DNA from: a virus
IMG/VR virus record: IMGVR_UViG_3300022744_000026
Coordinates: 1-64,000 of that record
Length of the DNA: 64,000 nt
Strand: one strand, 5' to 3'
Shown piece by piece: positions 57,350 to 64,000 of the stretch (its first letter is position 1; each line of letters starts with the position of its first letter). A program made the position numbers and the translations under genes. The notes beneath the pieces were generated by a model. It was not told the DNA's origin. It saw only the letters and a program-made list of their open reading frames with translations, and made no database searches.

Positions 57350-57909
57350 GCCGCTACGCTGAAGCCGCCAATGCCGCTGACGGCGCCACGGCGGGCGTCA
57401 TCCGCAACTCTGGCATGGCCGAGCAGGCGCATGCCGAGGGCTACTACACCGCCACCTGCTACGGCCCGGATGGCGCGGTGAAGTGGACGGACGACATCCA
57501 CAATCTGGTGCTGACGGCCGGCAAGAATCACGCCCTGGACAACTACCTCGCCGGCAGCGCCTACACTGCGACGTGGTTCATGGGCCTGGTGGGCTCGACC
57601 AGCTTCACGGCCATCGCCGCGGCGGACACCGCTGCATCGCACGCCGGCTGGACCGAGGAGACCAACTACAGCGCTGGCGCGCGCCCTACCGCGGCGTTCT
57701 CCGCTGCGGCCTCTGGCGCCAAGGCGCTGAGCGCCGCCCTGACCTTCACCATGTCGGCTGGCGCCACCGTCAAGGGCGCATTCTTGGTCAGCAACTCCAC
57801 CAAGGGCGGCACCACGGGCACCATCTACTCGGCGGGCCTGTTCACCGGTGGCGACAAGGTGCTGGCATCTGGCGACTCGTTGGCGATCAGCTACTCGGCG
57901 TCGCTGTAA
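57346..57909 (+). CDS. Virion fibre/structural protein
   Basis: KWTD..HNLV..GKNHALD...WFMGL; small-residue-rich. Confidence 0.7.
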   Translation: MSRYAEAANAADGATAGVIRNSGMAEQAHAEGYYTATCYGPDGAVKWTDDIHNLVLTAGKNHALDNYLAGSAYTATWFMGLVGSTSFTAIAAADTAASHAGWTEETNYSAGARPTAAFSAAASGAKALSAALTFTMSAGATVKGAFLVSNSTKGGTTGTIYSAGLFTGGDKVLASGDSLAISYSASL

Positions 57910-57925
57910 CACGCTGCTGGGCATG

Positions 57926-57960
57926 AAAGCCGCGACTGGCTGGGCTGGCGCGGCTTTTTG
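57926..57960 (+). terminator. Intrinsic terminator
   Basis: AAAGCCGCG...CGCGGCTTT running into a T tract. Confidence 0.65.
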
Positions 57961-57976
57961 TATTTGAGGGCTGGGT

Positions 57977-59008
57977 ATGACTACGCTGTTTGCTTGTGGT
58001 GAGGATGTTGGGTTCGCCGTGGTGGGAGCGGGGACTGCGGTTGATACTGCCACTACGGCTGCTCGGCGGACGTCGTTTTCGCGTTGTGCGCTGGCATGTG
58101 GAAGTGGTGGCACCCCTTCAAACGGGGACGGTTGGCTCGGTGCGTTTTCCTCCACGTCGAACTCGTTCTGGTTTACGGCCCGTTTCTACACGAATAACAA
58201 CGTCAACTTGGTCGCTGGTTTCCGCTTGATGAATTTCAGGGATGGCACGACATCAAGGATCGAGCTGCGGAATAAAACTACTGGAACTGGTGATATCGGA
58301 ATATACAAGGTCACCGCCGCTGGCGTTGCGACCCTTTTGGCGACGGCATCAACAAACATAACTAGTACTACGTTATTCAGGATTGATATCCAGATAAACT
58401 ACAGTGCATCTGGTTTTGTAAGACTGTACTATAATGGTGGGCTAGTTGCAGACACTGGCGTCGTTGACGTTACTACTGACTCCGCGACGAATTTGAGTTC
58501 GTTTGTGTTGAGTGTGCCGCATAACATTTCAGGAAGAATCGGATATTGGTCCGAAATCATCGTCACCGACGTCGACACCCGCAGCCTGAGCCTGATCACC
58601 GTCGCCCCACTCGCAGCCGGCGCCGCGAACACCTTCTCGACCCCGGGTGCAGTCGGCAACATCAACGAGGTGACGATCAACGACACCACGCTGATCAGCA
58701 GCGCCACGGCCAACCAGATCGCCGAGTACACCGCTGACACGAGCCTGATCACCTCGGCTGGCGGCAACCCGGCCGTCCGCGCGGTGTCCACGTACAGCCG
58801 CAGCCAGCGTGGCGCCACGGGGCCGCAGAACATGCAGCACGTGGTGCGCGTGGGCGGCACGGACTTCACCAGCGCGACCAAGAGCCTGATCACCTCCTTC
58901 GGCCAGGTGTCGCACGTCTTCGAGCTGAACCCCGCCACGTCAGCCGCTTGGGCCATGTCCGACATTACGACGGCAGGCTTCAACATCGGCGTGAAGTCCA
59001 TCGCGTAA
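57977..59008 (+). CDS. Beta-sandwich (lectin/LamG-like) virion protein
   Basis: Thr/Ser/aromatic beta pattern; C-terminal NPATSAAW; lower-GC central segment. Confidence 0.55.
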   Translation: MTTLFACGEDVGFAVVGAGTAVDTATTAARRTSFSRCALACGSGGTPSNGDGWLGAFSSTSNSFWFTARFYTNNNVNLVAGFRLMNFRDGTTSRIELRNKTTGTGDIGIYKVTAAGVATLLATASTNITSTTLFRIDIQINYSASGFVRLYYNGGLVADTGVVDVTTDSATNLSSFVLSVPHNISGRIGYWSEIIVTDVDTRSLSLITVAPLAAGAANTFSTPGAVGNINEVTINDTTLISSATANQIAEYTADTSLITSAGGNPAVRAVSTYSRSQRGATGPQNMQHVVRVGGTDFTSATKSLITSFGQVSHVFELNPATSAAWAMSDITTAGFNIGVKSIA

Positions 59009-59014
59009 CGCGCC

Positions 59015-60268
59015 ATGGATGTCTCAAAGTTCCTAGCGTTTGCGGTCGCGGGCCCGGCCGACACGGCTGTCACCGTCAGCAAGCTAGCGACTTTTGCCGT
59101 TGTCGGCCCGGCTGACACCGACACCACCGTCAGCAAGTTCGTCGCCTTCGTGGTGGCTGACTTCTCCGCGCCGCAGACGGATGGTGTCACGGAGGCTGCA
59201 TCTGCTGCTGATGCCGTCTCGGCGATTCAGGTGCTGCTGGCGTCGGTCAGCGAGTCCGCGACGGCGAGCGATACGGCATCCGGCGTCCAGTCCGCGGCCG
59301 GCGACCTGACTGAGGCGGGTACTGCGGTCGATACGCAGTCGACGTCCTCTGTCGTGCCTGGGCAGGTGTCGGAGGCGGCTGGCGCCGCTGACGCGGCCAC
59401 GGCGGCCAACGCGCTCGGGGTCAGTGTTGCCGAGACCGCCAGTGCGGCCGATGTGCCGTCAGCGGCTCAGACCACGCCGGCCGCGCTGGCTGAGACCGCG
59501 GCAGCCACCGACCTGCTGTCGACCGTCCTGGCGGCTGTTGCGGCACTGTCTGAGGCGGCAGCGTCGGCGGACGCCGTGACGGCTGGCCTGCGGCTGTCCG
59601 TGCTGGTGTCGGAGGCGGCTGCTGCGACTGACGCCGTTGCGGCGGCGTTTGCAGCCACGGCCAGCCTCGCTGAGTCGGCCGGCGCGGCAGACGCGCAGAG
59701 CGCCGCCCAGCAGCTCAACGTGGTCATTCTGGAGGCCGGCGCTGCGGATGATCTGGTGTCGGGCGTCCAGGCGGCCATTGCGGCGCTGAGTGAAGCGGCT
59801 GCTGCCGGCGACGTGGCGGCCGGCGCTGCGACTCTGGTGACGTCGGTGGCCGAGCCCGTGGCTGCGCTGGATGATGCCGCGGCGGTGCTGCTGGCTGTTG
59901 CTGGCGTGGACGAGCCCGCCGCGGCCTTGGACGACGCCAGCGGCGAGGCGATCGAGAACGCCAGCCTGACCGAGCAGGCGCAGTCATCCGACGACTGGTC
60001 TGGCGTGCGGCATCTGGTGGCGGCCTTGGCAGAGCAGGCGGCTGCTGGTGACCTGATCATCATCATCAGCGATCTGCCTGCCCACGGCGACCGCGCCTTC
60101 ACCATCACCGACACGCCCGGCGCGCGGGTGATGGTGGCGACGACGCCTGGCGGCGGGCGGGTGTTCCGCGTCGACACGCCAGACGGCGGCCGGGTTCTGG
60201 TGGTCGAGCCGGCAGCGCCGAGAAATTTCATCGTCGGCCCGCGTCGTGTGTTCATCATCAAGCCCTGA
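59015..60268 (+). CDS. Repeat-built fibre protein
   Basis: About 15 x 20-aa [VL]xExAxAxD repeats, plus terminal 18-aa and roughly 11-aa repeats. Confidence 0.7.
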   Translation: MDVSKFLAFAVAGPADTAVTVSKLATFAVVGPADTDTTVSKFVAFVVADFSAPQTDGVTEAASAADAVSAIQVLLASVSESATASDTASGVQSAAGDLTEAGTAVDTQSTSSVVPGQVSEAAGAADAATAANALGVSVAETASAADVPSAAQTTPAALAETAAATDLLSTVLAAVAALSEAAASADAVTAGLRLSVLVSEAAAATDAVAAAFAATASLAESAGAADAQSAAQQLNVVILEAGAADDLVSGVQAAIAALSEAAAAGDVAAGAATLVTSVAEPVAALDDAAAVLLAVAGVDEPAAALDDASGEAIENASLTEQAQSSDDWSGVRHLVAALAEQAAAGDLIIIISDLPAHGDRAFTITDTPGARVMVATTPGGGRVFRVDTPDGGRVLVVEPAAPRNFIVGPRRVFIIKP

Positions 60269-60280
60269 CCTAGAGGCACC

Positions 60281-61405
60281 ATGGCAACGCAACTACAAAC
60301 CGACAACCGCGGCCTGTGGGCTGAGCAAGACAAAGACGAGTTCCTCGACTACTCGATGGACTGGTCGGACTGGCTCGACGTCGGCGACACGATCGCCACC
60401 AGCGTGTGGGATGACGTGCCTGGCTTGGTGCTGAGCCAGTCGTCGCACTCCGACACCCTGGCAAAGATTTGGGTGCAAGGCGGCGCGCCGACGACGTGGT
60501 ACGCGGTGGTCAACCGGATCACCACGGCGATGGGGCGCACCGGTGACCGCGCGTTCCGGCTGTTCATCACCGATCAGGCGCCCACCCTGGCGGACATGAG
60601 TTCGGCGCTGTTCCCGAACTTGCCCGCAGCGGTTGACCAACTCAAGCGCGACCGGCTGGTGCTGGTGGGGCAGTCCATCGGGCTGTCCGTGGCGGACATG
60701 ACCACGGATTTCCTGCGCGGCAAGCTGCTGGCTGCTGAGGCGAAAGCCCAGCGCGAACTGCGCTGCTACTTCGCGCCGACTGTCATCATCCCTGAAGATG
60801 CGCCGCAGGACGAGATTGACGCCCTGGTGACCGCCGGCACGCGCTACGCGCAGGAGCCGGCCTACGACTACGAGCCGGGCTGGCTCATGCCGGACAGCTA
60901 CGGCTACCTCGCGGCCCGCCAACGGCCGATCATCAGCGTGCAGTCGATCCGGCTGGTGTACCCAGTGCCGACGCGCTCGGTGTTCGAGATCCCCATCGAC
61001 TGGGTGCGGCTCGACCGCAAGTATGGGCAGATCAGGCTGGTGCCGAGTTCGTCGGCGTTCCTGGCGCCGCTCTCGGTGTTCCTGCTGCCGGCAGTCGGCG
61101 CTGGCGGCCGGGCCGTGCCGAACATGATCCAACTCCGGTACACCGCCGGCCTGTCCAATGCTGCGCGCGACTTCCCTGACCTGATCGACGTCGTCATGAA
61201 GATGGCGGCCGTCAGTATCATTGAGGACGCCATGATGCCCGGCAGCGGCAGCATCTCGGCGGATGGTCTGTCGCAGTCGCTGAGCGTGGATGTGTCGAAG
61301 TATCAGGACACCATCGACCGGCTGATGAACGGCCCGCCAGGCAGCAACGGCGGCCTTCGCACGGCGATCCATGGTGTGGTGGTTGGGTTCATGGGGGGTG
61401 CGTGA
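60281..61405 (+). CDS. Head-tail adaptor with N-terminal fibre-adaptor-like domain
   Basis: DEFLDYSMDWSDWL..GDTI N-domain; RPIISV, YTAG, SISADGLSQS adaptor motifs. Confidence 0.7.
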   Translation: MATQLQTDNRGLWAEQDKDEFLDYSMDWSDWLDVGDTIATSVWDDVPGLVLSQSSHSDTLAKIWVQGGAPTTWYAVVNRITTAMGRTGDRAFRLFITDQAPTLADMSSALFPNLPAAVDQLKRDRLVLVGQSIGLSVADMTTDFLRGKLLAAEAKAQRELRCYFAPTVIIPEDAPQDEIDALVTAGTRYAQEPAYDYEPGWLMPDSYGYLAARQRPIISVQSIRLVYPVPTRSVFEIPIDWVRLDRKYGQIRLVPSSSAFLAPLSVFLLPAVGAGGRAVPNMIQLRYTAGLSNAARDFPDLIDVVMKMAAVSIIEDAMMPGSGSISADGLSQSLSVDVSKYQDTIDRLMNGPPGSNGGLRTAIHGVVVGFMGGA

Positions 61406-62037
61406 TGCGACTCAACCCGGCGGCGTTCAACGCGCACTTGAGCCACATGGGGCAGCGCGTGCTGTGGCAGCGCGCGACGGCGTGTCCGTGCGTCGAGACG
61501 CACAGCGGCGCAGCCAAGCCTGGGTGCCCGCTGTGCCACGGCAAGGGGCAAATTTACGGTGCCGAAGTCGCCACGGTCGTCGGCGTGGCGAGCCAGAAGG
61601 TGGTGAAGGCTTGGGCGCAGTTCGGGATGTACGAATCTGGTGACGCGATCCTCGTCATTCCTAGCGACTCGCCGATGTACGACGCCGGGCGATTCGACAA
61701 AATCACGATGCTCAATGGATCGGACAGGTTCTCGCGCGTGCTGGTGCGTGGTCGCAATGACAGGCTGTTCGAGCGCGCGCTGTCCGTCGACCGCGTGTTC
61801 TGGCTGAACACGGCTGGCGATGCGGTGGTCGAAGGCGGGATTCCGGCTGTGGCGCAAGACGGGTCGCTGACGTGGGCGGCAGGCGAGCCGCCGGCTGGCA
61901 CCAAGTACACGATCGAAGGGCAGCGGCAGCCGACGTACTATGTGTTTGACAATATGCCATCGGACCGCAACGAGCACCAAGGCGCGCTGCTGCCGAAGAA
62001 CTTGGTGGCCAGGCGCTGGGACGTGATGAGTAGGTAG
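61402..62037 (+). CDS. Neck/head-closure protein
   Basis: W..AT.CPC...CPLCHGKG, FDKIT. Confidence 0.65.
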   Translation: MMRLNPAAFNAHLSHMGQRVLWQRATACPCVETHSGAAKPGCPLCHGKGQIYGAEVATVVGVASQKVVKAWAQFGMYESGDAILVIPSDSPMYDAGRFDKITMLNGSDRFSRVLVRGRNDRLFERALSVDRVFWLNTAGDAVVEGGIPAVAQDGSLTWAAGEPPAGTKYTIEGQRQPTYYVFDNMPSDRNEHQGALLPKNLVARRWDVMSR

Positions 62038-62049
62038 TATAATAGATAC

Positions 62050-62757
62050 ATGACTAACGCCGGAATTTATCTGATTACTGTAGATAGGCCAAACAATCTG
62101 CCTCTTTACTATATTGGTCAATCTCAGAATATAAGCTTAAGATTTAACCAGCATAAATCATCATTGCGCAACAGCAAACACCACAACAAGCGCTTGCAAC
62201 TTGCCATTAACAAATATGGCTTTGATTCATTGAGTTTTGTTGTACTTGAAACGTGCTGCGTTGAAGAACTCGATGAGAGAGAGCATTGGTGGCTCGAACA
62301 GGTGGTTGGATTTGACCGGGTTTGTAATTATTGTATTGACCCGGCAGCCCCATTAAGAGGACGTAAATTCTCTGATGAACATCGAAGTAAGATAGCGGCG
62401 GCATTATCTGGTGAGCGGCACTACAGCAGGTCAAGAGGCGCTATGCCAATCGAGCATCGCCAAGCCATATCGCGCGGCGTGAAGGGGAAAACCAGATCAG
62501 AAGAAAGTCGGCGCAGGATATCCAATTCCACTAGGGGTGAGGCTAACCCTATGTTTGGCTTGAGCGGTGACAAAAGTGCGAGATCTCAAGCGGTACGCGG
62601 TACGCATTCAATAACCGGTGAAATCGTAGAATTCGAAAGCATGAACCTGGCTGAATTGTCTGGATTTATTCAGGAATGCATTTCTAGGTGTTGCGCTGGA
62701 AAACAAAAACTCCATAGCGGTTTTGCTTGGGAGCGCATTAACCGCCACGCTTCATAG
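62050..62757 (+). mobile_element. Free-standing GIY-YIG homing endonuclease with NUMOD3/NUMOD1-like repeats
   Basis: GIYLI...YYIGQS...RF..H; SDEHRSKI, SEESRRRIS, NPMFG, ISRCC.GK; markedly lower GC. Confidence 0.88.
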
Positions 62758-63577
62758 CTTCAGCAAAGACGTTTTCCGCCAGCGGCTTCATTTTCTCAAC
62801 AACACTTCTGGCAATGTGTTGCCCTGGCTGCGGTGGAATAATCCAGCCATTTGAGCCCTCCATGAGCACACGGAACGTCATGTACTGGCTGTAGTTTTTC
62901 CCGCCCATGCTGGTGTCGAACCTCACCATGCCCTCATAACGGCTGTGCTGCTTGGGCAGTCCCACCAGCTTCTCACCCCACTGGTACAGGTTGCGCGGCA
63001 CCATCACATGCTGCCGCGTGGCCTGGTTGAACAGGAATGGCGTCTGGTGCTTCTTCCCCATCACCTGGGTGCCCCACCTGGGGTGCAGTGAAGTCACCTC
63101 GCCAGCCGGGCGCTGGCCCTGGCCGGCGACCGTGCTGGCCTTCAGCAGCTTCGCGGCATCGTAGACCGCATCAGGCATGGCCTTCGCATGCGCCTCATTC
63201 CCTGGCGTGTTGTGCCTGAACGGGATGATGAGGAACCGGCGACCGTCCTTCGTCCGGCGCACCTTGCTGCTGGTGTCGAGATACTTCTTAAGGTCGCGCG
63301 CCGGTCGGCCGTCGTCAATCTCCTTGGCGTACTTGTATTCGCTCCAGACGAGGCCTTCAAAGTCGCCGGTCATCTTGGCCTGGATGCTGGCCGCGTAGGC
63401 GTCTTTCTCACCAGACCACAGCTTGGCGCGCTGCACCGACTCCATCCAGCTTGACTGCGTGGCAGTCACCACGGCGCGCACGGCCTGATTCAACCTCGGC
63501 AGCACGGCAGCATTGATGATCGCGCCGGCCTGGGCGCCGACGTCTGTCAGGTCGACGCGGATCTGGAATTGGCTCAT
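62738..63577 (-). CDS. Neck/tail-completion-type virion protein (inverted orientation)
   Basis: YA..I..GRP..DLK, LIIPFRH, YMTFR..WI.P; own late motif upstream fixes the start at 63577. Confidence 0.65.
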   Translation of the reverse strand: MSQFQIRVDLTDVGAQAGAIINAAVLPRLNQAVRAVVTATQSSWMESVQRAKLWSGEKDAYAASIQAKMTGDFEGLVWSEYKYAKEIDDGRPARDLKKYLDTSSKVRRTKDGRRFLIIPFRHNTPGNEAHAKAMPDAVYDAAKLLKASTVAGQGQRPAGEVTSLHPRWGTQVMGKKHQTPFLFNQATRQHVMVPRNLYQWGEKLVGLPKQHSRYEGMVRFDTSMGGKNYSQYMTFRVLMEGSNGWIIPPQPGQHIARSVVEKMKPLAENVFAEAMKRGG

Positions 63578-63624
63578 GCGTAGCATCCTGCCGTCACGCC
63601 TCGTCGTGACCGCACCATTCACTC

Positions 63625-64000
63625 ATGTCGATCACAGCCATCACGCCGATTCCGTCAGGGTCTGCGCTCAGGGTCTACCTGAGCCCACCCGCTGGCGCCG
63701 TCGCGTGGCGCATCCTGCGCAAGGCTGCTGATACCTTCACGGGGCCCAACGATGTCGATGCTCTGGTTGTGCACGCCGGCACTGCTCGCAGCGCACTGGA
63801 TGACGTGGGCCTGGTGGATGGCTCCACCTACTTCTACCGCGTCTATTACTGGTCCGGCACGACGTGGACTGCCAGTGCGAGCCTGAGCGCCACGCCTGGC
63901 GCGACGTACTCGGACGAGTCCGCTGACGCGCTCACGGTGTTCCGCGACCGCATCGACGCCGGCCTGACGGTCGAAGTGGCGCGCGGCGCACTGAAGCACG
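63625..64000 (+). CDS. Virion protein with FN3-like N-terminus (truncated by the window end)
   Basis: Late motif-N6-ATG; MSITAITPIPSGSALRVYL...GLVDGSTYFYRVYY; open to the edge. Confidence 0.65.
   Translation, partial: MSITAITPIPSGSALRVYLSPPAGAVAWRILRKAADTFTGPNDVDALVVHAGTARSALDDVGLVDGSTYFYRVYYWSGTTWTASASLSATPGATYSDESADALTVFRDRIDAGLTVEVARGALKH

Overview
The whole 64 kb window reads as part of a GC-rich tailed-phage (or prophage) genome. A Betaproteobacterial-type host is my inference from the RdgC, SSB and GC content. No host genes, integrase or lysis cassette are visible. All product calls come from motif recognition by eye, with no searches run. Layout: 1-8.4 kb is a leftward recombination operon (RdgC, MazG-like, RecD/Dda-like helicase, Xis-like, candidate SSAP, SMC-like ATPase, RecE-like exonuclease). 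8.5-16 kb is a rightward replication operon (C5 methyltransferase with a nested alternative-frame subunit, SF2 helicase, SSB, VRR-NUC, primase-helicase). 16-21.5 kb holds leftward accessory genes (HNH, Rap1a-like, beta-clamp-like). 25-64 kb holds packaging and head genes (TerS, GpA-type TerL, tailspike, portal, MuF-like, protease, scaffold, SPO1/Twort-type capsid, fibre and neck genes), interleaved with accessory islands, a tRNA-Tyr, a DfrB homologue and a GIY-YIG endonuclease. Four structures are not explained by the gene calls. (1) An 11-copy promoter-like motif CGTGAC-NN-(C/T/G)ANNNT sits 6-7 nt before the ATG of most virion genes, suggesting a leaderless late regulon. (2) A recurring hydrophobic-x-K-[A/S] motif marks the capsid, scaffold, portal and three large anti-defence proteins (Acb1-like plus ART, MTase plus LPD1, SNF2). 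This suggests protease-processed, head-packaged cargo. (3) About 1 kb of densely base-paired non-coding sequence surrounds the tRNA, a candidate large ncRNA. (4) Two homologous AT-rich elements with pentamer repeats and IHF-consensus sites lie about 26 kb apart.
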